From: Chiloscyllium plagiosum
Lineage: Eukaryota
Direction: 5' to 3'
Assembly: GCF_004010195.1 (NCBI RefSeq)
Contig: NC_057719.1
Span: forward strand, 72,700,088 to 72,764,087
Length of the DNA stretch: 64,000 bases
This document shows positions 24,880 through 36,521 of the stretch, one piece after another. Position 1 is the stretch's first letter. The number at the start of each line of letters is the position of its first letter. Made by a program: the position numbers and the translations under genes. The notes under the pieces were generated by a model that was not told the DNA's origin, searched no databases, and was given only the letters and a program-made list of their open reading frames with translations.

Positions 24880-26040
24880 ATAGAAAGTTTGATGTTTTGG
24901 CAAGTGTGGAGATGCAAAGGGATCTGGATACCTTTGCAAACCAATCAATGGAAGCAGATAGGCAGGTGCTCTAGCAATTAGGAAGGAAAACAGTATATTG
25001 GCCTTCATTGCAAAAGGATTGCAAAGAAGTACAGATGACTTAGTGTCATCAAACACTGTCTTGTTCAGACCACACCTGGAGTACTGCATACAGATTTTGT
25101 TCCCCTATTTAAGAAAAGATATACCTTCTATTGAATGTGTGCAACGGAGGTTCAATGGGCTGATACTGAAGATAGCAGGACTGTCTTGAGGACAGAATAT
25201 TTTGAATTGAGTATTTGAGAGTGTATAGAAGGATGAAAGGGGATCTGACTGAAATGTATAAAATTCTAACACAGCTGGACAGACTCAATGCTGGATTTTT
25301 TTTCCGATTGAGAGTCTAGAATCAGGGAATAGTCATCCTCCCCTTTTCTGTGTGGGTTTCTTCTAGGTGCTCTGGTTTCTGCCCACAGTCTAAAGATGTG
25401 CAGGTTAGATGTTATTTTGTACATTTTTGCTAGTTTTTCCTCATTTCTGTCTTATGAACTGCGGTTTGCCAGGATGGAGAATATCGATAACCAATTGCTT
25501 GCATTAAAGCAAGCAATTGGTTATCAATATTCTCCATCCTGGCAAACCCCAGTTCATAAGACAGAAATTAGGAAAAAACTAGCAAAAATGTACAAAATAA
25601 CATCTAACCTGCATTAAAGCAAGCAATTTGTCATGAACTTTCTGGTTCTGATCACCACAGTGTCATTCATCTGGGTAGGTGCATCAATTCAGAGATGTGA
25701 GGAGAGGTTAGCCATGGGAAATGCAAGGTTACTAGGATAGGTAGGGGGTGGGTCTGAATGGGAGGCTCTTTGGAGAGTAGGTGTGGACTCAATGAGCCTA
25801 ATGGCCTGCTTCTGCACTGTGAGTATTCTGATTCTTCATTCAAATGGTAATGAATCTGTGGAATTCTCCACCACAGAAGGTATGCTGGCCAAATCACTGA
25901 ATATATTCAATAAAGGAACTGCTTCTTAGATTTTAAAGATATCAAGGGAGATGGAAAAATGTAGATATATGGTCAGCCATGATCATACTGAAACTTCAAA
26001 GGCCTGAATGCCCTACTCCTAGTTTCTGTGATTCCTATGT
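24880..26040 (+). mobile_element. Decayed CR1 3' fragment interrupted by SINE pieces and a fold-back inversion
   Basis: ORF 24998..25189 FRPHLEYCIQILFPYLRKDIPSIECVQRRF; the CR1 3' region resumes near 25830. Confidence 0.75.
25399..25613. repeat. Long near-perfect inverted repeat (about 104-bp arms, 6-nt loop)
   Basis: Arms 25399-25502 and 25509-25613, about 4 mismatches/indels, loop ATTAAA. Confidence 0.92.
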
Positions 26041-27339
26041 AGTAGATCATTTCAACTGAGGAGGGATTAATATTTTGCTCCTAAAAATATAAAACATAAA
26101 CTACATCAGAAAATTTAATTTAAGAAAATCTAGCAATAAACAGCACATAATTACTCAAAGATCGAGCTAAATTAAATGGCTGGCTGTGAGATTAAAGATA
26201 GTCTAATTAAATATTCACAATACAAAAACACTGAGATTATGTACTGATAGCAAATTAAGCCATTGCCTCATATTTTAAAAAAGGTTGCCAATATTAAAGT
26301 GTAACAGAAAATAAAAAAATTATTTATTACATTATTGTCAGGTAGGCAACACCAATTAGAAAGTAACTGTAAAATTTCTTTAAAAACTTTACATTGTCAC
26401 ATTTCTTCAAAACACTTCACAAGCGAGTTTTGAAGTGTAGTTACTTTAATATGAACAAACTGTATCCAATTTCTATAAAAGCTCCAATCTGACTAGTTAA
26501 TCCATTTAGTGTTGTTTGAGGAATAAATGATTTGAGAGAACTCCTAAATTTTAAATCATACCAAAATTATTCTTGAGATCAAAAGATATACATGGCCTGT
26601 TTACTATTTCATCCAAAAGGTGGAACCTCTAAAAATGCAGCACTTCCTCAACACTACAATGCCAAGACTGCCTTGTGTTGCACAACTTGTACAAATGATT
26701 GCCTTAAAGTAATATTTTGAAGCCACATAAAGGGTATTTCAAGTCAGAGAATGCATTGTACAAGTTCTGCAACATAACAAAGATGTTGCTAGAATTAACT
26801 TCAAAAATAGATACTACTGTGGTGAACGAAGAATTCAGATTCTGCATTTTGTCTTATCATTACAACTACAAATTTGAGTTTCCATAATGTGAGAACAGGC
26901 ATTTGTTGAAATAATACCATCACAATGAAATTCCAAGTCAATATGCTAAACTAAGCTGTTATTAAACCGATATCGCATCAGTCAACTAGATGTTGCTCCA
27001 TATCCAATGATGTGGTCAGCGCCAATTTGCCGGATCGCGACTGAATCGTTTCAAGCCTAACATGTTTGTCCAGATTAACAGTTTCAGACAAATTATGGAA
27101 ACTGAGTCATCTTCTGCATCAAGTGCTTCTGCAATGCTACCCAAGCAATGCTCAAACAATCCATTCTGCACAGCCAGATACCCGCTCTCAGATTCCCCTT
27201 TTGATCACAGATGCAAAATGCGCGCACTGTCTGACAGCAACATCAATTGGACGCAAATCGGGAGAAGCTAATTAAGTTGATAATCGGGCCATTAGACGAA
27301 TTTAAGGTCCTTGGGCACCGACATACAAACATGCTCCCA

Positions 27340-28040
27340 GTTATTTACACTCAGCTGTCCGGCGCCATATTGGAAACAAAAATGGCGGCGGCGAGGATGG
27401 CCCCCACACTTTGGTAAATACTATCCGCTGTATCAATCCTCCCTCCGAGCCCCGGGTGACCGCTGAGCACACAACCTTATCGCTCATTCCCAGTTCGACG
27501 TCCCCAGCTATGCCTCTGCCCTCCCCTGGACCCCCCAGACCCGCTGTGCGAGCATTGCCTGTCACTCTACCTGAAGCTCGGCCCTCTCCACCTCCCAGTG
27601 CGCTCGCTCCATCTCGAAGCGGGCCCACTCGTGCTGGATATAGTGTAAGATGCCGGGGATAGTGTACTGGGGCCGCTGCTGTAGTTCCTCTAGCTGACCC
27701 TGTTGCTGTTGCTGCTGCCGGACGCCGTTGTTGTTGCTGCCGTTGCTTCCCGGGCCCAGCAAAGGACCTCCGGAATTGTTATGTGAGGACATCCCTATTG
27801 GATGTTCATCCATGTTTATTATTGTTATTACTACGATTTGTATTGTTATTTTGGATATATTAGTGGGAAGGGTCCGCGAAGGAAATTAACCGGATGAGTT
27901 TCAGCGACGCAAGCGAGCCGCCATTGCCCTTCTGTCTGCAGAATATGGCGGCTGCGCTGTGGGTGGGGGAGGAGCAACCGCGGCCCTTCAGCCAAATACA
28001 GCAGCAGCGCAAGTGCGCAGGCGCGCCTAACTGGCCCACA
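27340..28040. promoter_or_regulatory. CpG-rich bidirectional promoter/first-exon region shared by STRN3 and AP4S1
   Basis: Markedly CpG-dense in an otherwise CpG-depleted window; YY1-like ATGGCG motifs (27362-27389, 27917-27952); NRF1-like TGCGCAGGCGC at 28014-28024; genes are head-to-head. Confidence 0.75.
27571..27813 (-). CDS. STRN3: Striatin-3 (SG2NA) coding exon 1; later exons lie beyond the left edge of the window
   Basis: MDEHP...QYTIPGILHYIQHEWARFEMERAHWEVERAELQ (81 codons) matches the STRN3 N-terminal coiled-coil region; phase-0 donor CAG|GTAGAG at 27570; synteny with AP4S1/HECTD1. Confidence 0.95.
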
Positions 28041-28679
28041 CACCTGCTCAGTGGATGCAGGCTACTCACTAGGACCTGACCTGAAGTTTCCACATGCAAG
28101 GATGCAGAGGATGAAAGCAGCATGCAAAACAAAAGAAATGAGATTCTCCTTTTACGATCAAAGACCAATTTCTGCTCAGATATTACTTCCCCTAAGTAAC
28201 GCGCTGGGACTCCGTCTAATTTGAAATGTTTGCTATTTTCTTTCATTCAAATCCGTGTTCGCATCACTGTTTTGCAGATGTTATTTAAGACCCTGTTTAC
28301 TCAGATGATTGAGTCTTATTTAACAGGACCTGCTAATGCTGTAACTTTCTACAATAATCTTTTAACTTGAAGTAAGATTTCCAGCACTGCACCATTCTGG
28401 CCAAAAGGAGTTGGTTGACTGATTTTTTTGTTGGTTTAACTGGGGCAGAGATTAGACTGTGAGTTCCTGAGCTGAAGAGGGGAAACAGCCACAGTGCAGT
28501 GGTTGTTGATTTCTGTCCAGTTTTCTTTACTATTATGGGCTACGTGTTTAATTATCCATCTAATACTCATTGTCTCAGTTTACACAGAATGAATATTCAC
28601 TTGTGAAAGATACCAGAAGGCTGACTATATCCACAGAACATCCTGCAGACCTTCAAGTCTGCTTCTGTCCTAAATATAG

Positions 28680-28965
28680 AATCACTACAGTGCGGAAGCA
28701 GGTCATTCAACCCATCAAGTCCACACAGATCCTCGAAAAAGCATCCCTGCAACCCTCCTAGCCTACACATTTCTGAACATTATGGGCAATTTAGCATGGC
28801 CAGTCTACCTAAACATATTGTATTTAGACTGTGGGAGGAAACTGGAATAAGCCCACACAGTGGGAGAATGTGTAAACTCCACACAGTCACCCAAGGGTGG
28901 AATTGAACCCTGGTCCCTGATGCTGTGAGACAGCAGTGTTAATGACTGAGCCACTGTGCTGCCCC
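28680..28965 (-). mobile_element. HE1-type SINE
   Basis: Reverse complement of ggggcagcacagtggctcagtcattaacactgctgtctcacagc... Confidence 0.8.
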
Positions 28966-29056
28966 TAAATATGATTACAACACATTTTTTGCGTTAGCTA
29001 TTCTTTCTTACCTTCTCCCATTAATCTTGATTATGTGAGATCAAAAATCATATTTA

Positions 29057-29830
29057 GAGTCATAGAGATGTACAGCATGGAAATAGACCCTTCAGTCCAA
29101 CCCTGTCCATGCTGACCAGATATCGCAACCCAATCTAGTCCCACCTACCAGCACCTGGCCCATATCCCTCCAAACCCTTCCTATTCATATACCCATCCAA
29201 ATGTCTTTTAAATGTTACAATTGTACTAGCCTCCACCACTCCCTGGCAGCTCATTCCATACACATACCACCCTCTGAGTGAAAAGGTTGCCCCTTAAGTG
29301 TCTTTTATATCTTTCCCTTCTCACCCTGAACCTATGCGCTCTAGTTTTGGACTCTCCCACCCCAGGGAAGAGACTTTGTCTATTTATCCTATCCACGCCC
29401 TTCATGATTTTATAAATCTCTGTAAGGTCACTCCTCAGCCTCCGATGCTCCAGAGAGAACAGTCCCAGCCTGTTCAGCTTCTCCCTATAACTCAAATCCT
29501 CCAACCCTGGCAACATCCTTGTAAATCTTTTCTAACCCTTTCAAGTTTCACAACATCTTTGCGATAGGAAAGAGACCAGAATTGCATGCAATATTCCAAC
29601 AGTGGCCTGACTAATGACCTCCCAACTCCATACTCAGTTCTCTGACCAATAAAAGAAAGCATACTAAATGCCTTCTTCACTGACCTATCTACGTGCGACT
29701 CCACTTTCAAGGAGCTATGAATCTGCACTCCAAAGTCTCTTTGTTCAGCAACACTCCCTAGGTCCTTACTCTTAAATGTAGAAGTCCTGCTAAGATTTGC
29801 TTTCCCAAAATACAGCACCTCGCATTTATT
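29057..29830 (-). mobile_element. CR1/HER1-like LINE 3' fragment
   Basis: ORFs 29492..29818 and 29226..29516 (LVRPLLEYCMQFWS, MLPGLEDLSYREKLNRLGLFSLE). Confidence 0.9.
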
Positions 29831-30595
29831 ATTTGTCTGGAGAGTTTACAATACTTTAGAAAATTGCAAAGATTCACAAACCTCTGCATGAAGAAATTTC
29901 TCCTCACATCAACCCTAAATGATCCTTAAACTGAAACAATGCACCAGTGTCCAAGATTCCCTATCCAGGAGAAACAACTTCTGTGTTTAGATTAGATTAG
30001 ATTACAGTGTGGAAACAGGCCCTTTGGCCCAAAAGTCCACACCAACCCACCGAAGTGCAATCCACCCAGATCCTTTCACCTAACACTACGGGCAACTTAG
30101 CGTGGCCAATTCACCTAACCTGCACATTTTTGGATTGTTTAATCTGCTAAACCACTTCAGCATCTTGCATGTTTCAATAAAACCATCTTTCATTTCTCTA
30201 AATTCCAGAGAATATAGATCTAATTTACTCAGAATGGGTGGGATTGGGAGAAAACTGGGTGAATCAAAATTATTATAAATCCTGGATTAAGAATATAATT
30301 AGTAATTTTCACAAACAAAAACAAAGTTGTTTACAGATAATGACAACAAAGATTAATCAGGTTTTACTAATTAGATACCGTGACTGAAATAGTATTCTGA
30401 AGGCCATCCTTGCTTCATAGATTGAGACATTGTATAAAAAACCATTAATTTGGTCAATAAAGTAGTTATATGAATATATCTATTACTTTTATTCTATTTA
30501 ACTTTTATTATAGAGCTAGCATGTAACAGTTTGTGTTTAAATGTTGCAAATAACAATGAGCAAGAGCAGGGATGGAATCCCAACTCAACTGGGAG

Positions 30596-30800
30596 ATGCT
30601 GTGGTTCTGTTCTCCGAGCTGGAAGTTTTTGTTGCAAACGTTTCGTCCCCTGTCTAGGTGACATCCTCAGTGCTTGGGAGCTTCCTGTGAAGGGCTTCTG
30701 TGGTGTTTCCTCCGGCATTTATAGTGGCCTGTCCCTGCTGCTTCCGGTTGTCAGTTTCAGCTGTCCGCTGTAGTGGCCGGTATATTGGATCCAGGTCTAT
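30596..30800 (-). mobile_element. Penelope-like element 3' fragment with hammerhead core
   Basis: - strand gcaCTGAGGA TGTCACC TAGACA GGGGAC GAAACGTTtgcaacaaaaacttccagctcgg; the same family occurs at 49381-49440. Confidence 0.72.
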
Positions 30801-31389
30801 GGGAGAATAAGCCCCAATCAACTGAGCCATTCATCTTTAGATTTGGCGTAAGCACATCATTCTGCTGCTAAAGTCACCTACTACTCTTAGATAATCCTGG
30901 ACGATAAAGATAACCTTAGTCTTTGGTTTATTCTACCACCACTTTGGTGATCCACTCTGAGAAATTGAGTTTGACAAATTTATTAGAACTCTTTGAGGAC
31001 ACAATGAACAGGATGGATATAGTGCTGGCAAATGGGACTAGATCAGTTTAGGATATTTGGTTGGCATGAATGAGTTGGACCGAAGGATCTGTTTTCATGC
31101 TGTATAACTCTGTCTCTGACTCTACGACTATACTGACATGCAAGTTAGGAGCGGGAATCGGCCAATTGGCCCCTTGAACCTGGTTTGCTTTAAAGGCATT
31201 CTATAACCACAAATCTTTCATATTTTGTTCCTTGAAGTCCTGGAGATAGTCTCTGCACCAATGGAACTCTAATCCTGTACCAGTGACTATCAGAAGTTCA
31301 TTCAAGTGCTTATTGTTTACATTTGAGTCAGAATAGTAGTTGTTAATAAGCAGTCATAATGGCCCAGTGGTAACATTGTCAAATTTTAG

Positions 31390-31700
31390 TCAGAAAGATA
31401 TAATTTCAAGCTTGAGTATGTATATTAGAGCAGTATTGAGTTGATGCTTCTTTGTTCAAATCACTATGATGTGGTGATTAAAGAGGAAGGACGAGTGCTT
31501 GGCACATTTATAACCCCTCAATTAACATCACCAAAAACTGGTTAATTTCCATTCTCAATTCCATTTGTGACATCTTGCTGTGCACCAGTTGCCTTGTTTA
31601 TTTGATAAAGAACCATAACTATACTTTTAAAATATTTTATTTTGTGAAACACTTCAGAGAACCTCAGTATCTGTTAGGTATTAATAAAATGCATGAAGAT
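31390..31700 (+). mobile_element. Decayed Deu-domain SINE (SacSINE1/AmnSINE-like)
   Basis: ataacccctcaattaacatcaccaaaaac...atcttgctgtgcacca..., similar to 49670-50020. Confidence 0.55.
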
Positions 31701-33099
31701 TTTTGGTTTTATGGACTTATATAGCAATGCTCTGGTGCTGTGCTAACATAGTGTGATATTCTCCAGCAGTCGTCAGTAAATAATGAAAAGATAAAACCTT
31801 GCCTGTTAATCCATGGATGCAAAGGCCAACTACAAATCCCCAGTGCTGCTTTGACTGACATGACCGAACTTAGCATGGACCAGTGAGCAGACCTTGCACT
31901 TTCAAGTATAACTTAGTAGAACGTGGCACAATTTCCATCTGAGTGATTTGGTGGGAGGGAGTGAACAGCTGTATCTATTTTTATTGATTATACTATAGAC
32001 AGTTCCTAAGTACAATTCTTCAATCACACTGAATTGCTATTAGTTCTGAGTGATTGGTCAACAATGGAGATTTTTAGTTTGAATTATGAATGGGGTTTCC
32101 CATCATGTGAACCAATGAAGATAAGGTATTTATAGTAGCTTCATAAGTTAGTTGGAATTTAGCTACAGAAATACTGGAGTGGAAGTCACTGTAACCATGA
32201 GCCACATTCATGCCTGCATGAAGCAGCTGTTAGTGTCTTTAATATTAGTCTTTCAGTTGCTGGTTTGTGGTGTGCAGTTAGTCAGAGGATAGAAGAGTCC
32301 AAAAATAGTTATCCCATATTGTAACCAGCTAGAATTATCTTCAGGATACATTCTATTTAATGAATAACATCTATTTTCTGTCTAATTTTCCTTGTACATA
32401 TCAATCATTGCTTTAAAAATAAATATTATAATTCAAAATATTTTCCATTTGTGTAATTTTAGTTCTTTTCCATCTTCTAATAACATTTAATTTGCTTCAT
32501 GTCTTCCAAGTGTGAAAGTTTGTTCCAGGAAGAGTCAAACTTAACCAAAGTACATTGAGGTCACACTGATATTGCATTTCAGTCTGGTTCAGACAGTTCC
32601 TCATCTCTTTAGTCCTTGACATGTTTGATGTTAAGGTGACTGAAGTCCTACTTTCATATAATAGTCAGGAAAGGCGTAAGGCTGGTTTGACAATATCTGT
32701 TCTATTGTCACTTTTGAATTTCTATCTGATTTGAGATTATTATTTAGCTGATGCTCATGATTTTAGCATCTTGTCTATTTAAAGTAACTGTTAAGGTTGT
32801 CTGAGATACTGGCACAGTACAGTACCTACGTACAGTTAATCTCTATAATGTTGACTTGATATACTGGTGAGACTATCGTAGAAAGTTATTGTTTTGTAGA
32901 ATTTAACTGTCAATAAAATAATCAGAAACAATTTGTTTTGTACCAGAGATTATGGTAAAACATAATAGAAAAATATTAGCTGCAGTTTGTCAGGTAAGGT
33001 TTCTATTTTGCAAAGATCCTGTTAGAGATCGTGCACTCAATTCCTTCTAACAAATTTTCTGAGCTTTTCCAGCTGTTCAATTTCTGTCTCCAAGAAAAT

Positions 33100-33895
33100 A
33101 GATAGGAGTAAGGCATTCATCCCATCAAGCCTGTCCTGCTATTCAATGTGATTGTGACTAATTAACAACTTTGATGCTTTTTATCAACCCTATCCCCATA
33201 CCCTATACACTGTTAGTAATCAGAAATGTCTCAATCTTTTCCTTAGAAATGTTCAAAGACTGAGCTTTCATGGCCTCTGCAAAAGATAATTCTGAAGGTT
33301 CGTAACCATGTGAGTAAAATAATTTCTTCTCATCTCACACTGAAGTGGCATCCCCTTATTTTAAAATTGTGTCTCTTGGTTCTATACAGGGGAAACATGT
33401 TATCTGTATTTGCCCTGAACTCAATACTCTGACCAATAAAGGAAAGCATACCAAACACCTTCTTCACTATCCTATCTACCTGCGATTCCACTTTCAAGGA
33501 GCTATGAACCTGCACTCCAATTATTTTGTAGATTTCAGTGAGATCACCTCTCATTTTCCCAAACCCTATAGTGCACAAGTCCAATTTGCCTAATCTCTCT
33601 TCATAGGACAGTCCCAGAAACCAGTCTGGTAAATTGTCATTGCACTCCCTCTATGGTAATAATGTCTTTCCTGAGATAAGAGACTTAAGTTGTACACACG
33701 ATACTACACGTGTGGTCTAATCAAACGCCTAACGAATTGAAGCATTGTCTTTACTACCTACTCCTGTATTCATATCCTCTTGCAATAAAGGCTTGCATTT
33801 CATTAGCCTTACGAAAAGCTTGCTACACCTGTATGTTAACCTTCCTTTACTTTTTGAGAAGGACATGTGAGTCCCCTTGTACATCTACACTTGAC
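33100..33895 (-). mobile_element. CR1 fragment with a nested piece of a second CR1
   Basis: ORF 33330..33584 fuses MRGDLTEIYKI with GVQVHSSLKVESQVDRIVKK. Confidence 0.75.
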
Positions 33896-33897
33896 TG

Positions 33898-34755
33898 ATT
33901 AGCAAGGTTAGATCTCATGGAATACCGGGAGAACTAGCCATTTGGATACAGAACTGGCTCAAAGGTAAAAGACAGAGGGAGGTGGTGGAGGGTTGTTTTT
34001 CAGACTGGAGGCATGTGACCTGTGGAGTACCACAAGGATTGGTGCCGGGCCCTCTACTTTTTGTCATTTACATAAATGATTTGGATGTGAGCATAAGAGG
34101 TACAGTTAGTAAGTTTGCAGATGACACCAATATTGGAGGTGTAGTGGACAGCGAAGAGGGTTACTTCAGATTACAATAGGATTTGGACCAGATGGGCCAA
34201 TGGGCTGAGAAGTGGCAGATGGAGTTTAATTCAGATAAATGCGAGGTGCTGCATTTTGGGAAAGCAAATCTTAGCAGGACTTATACACTTAATGGTAAGG
34301 TCCTAGGGAGTGTTGCTGATCAAAGAGACCTTGGAGTGCAGGTTCATAGCTCCTTGAAAGTGGAGTCGCACGTAGATAGGATAGTGAAGAATGCATTTGC
34401 TATGCTTTCCTTTATTGGTCAGACTACTGAGTACAGGAGTTGGGAGCTGGAAATGTGTTGCTGGAAAAGTGCAGCAGGTCAGGCAGCATCCAGGGAACAG
34501 GAGAATCGATGTTTCGGGCANNNNNNNNNNNNNNNNNNNNNNGTACGTGTATGGAATGAGCTGCCAGAGGATGTGGTGGAGGCTGGTACAATTGCAACAT
34601 TTAGGAGGCATTTGATGGGTATATGAATAGGAAGGGTTTGGAGGGATATGGGCCGGGTGTTGGCAGGTGGGACTAGATTGGGTTGGGATATCTGGTCGGC
34701 ATGGACGGGTTGGACCGAAGGGTCTGTTTCCATGTTGTACATCTCTATGACTCTA
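33898..34755 (+). mobile_element. CR1/HER1-like LINE RT fragment interrupted by a Penelope terminus and a 22-N assembly gap (34521-34542)
   Basis: GVPQGLVPGPLLFVIYINDLD...SKFADDT RT motifs; WAEKWQMEFNSDKCEVLHFG. Confidence 0.9.
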
Positions 34756-35114
34756 AATACTGTGCATGTTTGTACATCCTGCCCTAGATGTTGAATTAGG
34801 CACACAATGCACCTTAACAATGCTAATTGCCCTTCACTCCCCTCAATGGGACTCCAATTGACCAACTGACACTTGCCTTGGCTATTTTGTAGTGTTGAAA
34901 TGGCTGGTGCAGGATTGAGTAGACCATGCACTTCTTAGTCCACATCTCTTACCCCACTGGAAACTGTAAAACCCGGCCCTTTATTTCTAATGTTGAGGCA
35001 TGTTTCTAATTCTGAGGATAAATTTAATGAGCTGTAATACTTTTTTTTCTTCAGAAATAATGTGAAAGAAGTATGAAAAATAATACCATTTATCTTGCTT
35101 CAGAAGTTACGAAA

Positions 35115-35252
35115 ATGATTAAGTTCCTCCTTTTGGTGAACAAGCAAGGGCAAATACGGCTGTCCAAGTATTATGAACCTTTGGAAATCCACAAAAGAAC
35201 ATTGTTAGAAGCTGATGTTATTAAGAATTGCCTTCCACGAACAAAAGACCAG
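35115..35252 (+). CDS. AP4S1: AP-4 complex subunit sigma-1, first coding exon (46 aa)
   Basis: [46 protein letters not shown]; donor CAG|GTAAAT; acceptor ttttttttcttcag ending at 35054. Confidence 0.95.
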
Positions 35253-35489
35253 GTAAATGTCACAACACTTTATTAAAAATGAGCAAATCTGGTTTGGAAT
35301 CATGAGTGAATCTTCTTAAAAAATGTATTTTGTTTACTTTACATTCAGTACAAGACAGATAGGACAGTAAGTTGTGAAGAGGACACAAAGAATCTGTGAA
35401 CTTGGATAATAGCATATAAAGTCATACATCCAAATTTACTGATGACACTAAGTATGGGGCATTGTAGGCAGTGTAGATGATAGCAAGTT

Positions 35490-35940
35490 TTAAGAAGATT
35501 TGTAGCTCAGGTTGAGGTTCTGGATGTAGGTTGGCTCGCTGAGCTGGAAGGTTCATTTCCAGACGTTTCGTCACTCTACTAGGTAACATCATCAATGGGC
35601 CTCCAGGCGAAGCACTGCTTATACATCCTGCTTTTTATTTATATGTTTGGGTTTCTTTCGGTTGGTGATGTCATTTCCTGTTCTTTTTCTCAGGGGTGGT
35701 AGATGGGGTCTAACTCGATGTGTTTGTTGATAGAGTTCCAGTTGGAATGCCATGCTTCTAAGAATTCTCATGTGTGTCACTGTTTGGCTTGTCCTAGGAT
35801 GGATGTGTTGTCCCAGTCGAATTGGTGTCCTTCCTTATCTGTATATAAGGACACTAGTGAGAGAGGGTCATGTCGTTTTGTGGCTAGTTGATGTTCACGA
35901 ATCCTGGTAGCTAGTTTTCTGCCTGTTTGTCCAATATATC
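35490..35940 (-). mobile_element. Penelope-like element 3' end: GIY-YIG endonuclease C-terminal remnant and hammerhead-type terminus
   Basis: - strand KRHDPLSLVSLYTDKEGHQFDWDNTSILGQAKQ...EFLEAWHSNWNSINKHIELDPIY, followed by TTGATGA TGTTACC TAGTA GAGTGAC GAAACGTC. Confidence 0.8.
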
Positions 35941-36434
35941 AAAATGCCATGCAAGAACTGTAACAAACACTACATTGGATGGGTATATGAATAGTAAGGG
36001 TTTGGAGGGATATGGGCCTGGTGCTAGCAGATGGGACTAGATTGGGTTGGGATATCTATCCGGCATGGACGAGTTGGACCAAAGGGTCTTTTTCCGTGCT
36101 GTACGTCTCTATGACACTATGTCTCTAATTGCATCATCAGATCTCCTTCAACAGAATAAGAGCCACATGATGTTTCCCAGAGGAAGAAAAGAAAACTGTT
36201 GGGCTCGATCAGCCTGTTAGTATGTTATAGCCTATTTTGGCACAGTATTTCAGAGGCCTGGCATCACACTGCCAGACAACTATTTTGCTTAGGAAATGAA
36301 ATATGACACAGAGGTATCTAAAGATGGAATAAATTAATTTTAAAACTTTTTAAGTTTGGAAATGTAATAGAATCCAATTTACAAAACAGTGACGTATTAT
36401 GAAACTCTGACAATGCTTCTTGTCTCATCCCCAG

Positions 36435-36521
36435 TGTTCATTTGTTGAATACAAGGATTTTAAACTAGTGTACCGTCAGTATGCTGCACTCTTTGTTGTG
36501 ATCGGGATTGATGATGCAGAG
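36435..36521 (+). CDS. AP4S1: AP4S1 second coding exon (29 aa)
   Basis: ccccag|[29 protein letters not shown]|gtaagc, phase 0. Confidence 0.95.

Noticed and set aside
1..27570. STRN3 exon 2 (ARIAFLQGERKGQENLK-type sequence)
   Set aside because: Not found on the - strand by eye; intron 1 appears to extend beyond the window.
27341..28246. Several overlapping ORFs around STRN3 exon 1
   Set aside because: Expected from GC-rich island sequence; only the STRN3 frame is recognisable.
34521..34542. Chimeric 147-aa ORF 34183..34626 running through Ns
   Set aside because: It spans an assembly gap at a Penelope hairpin inside a CR1; an artefact, not a fusion protein.
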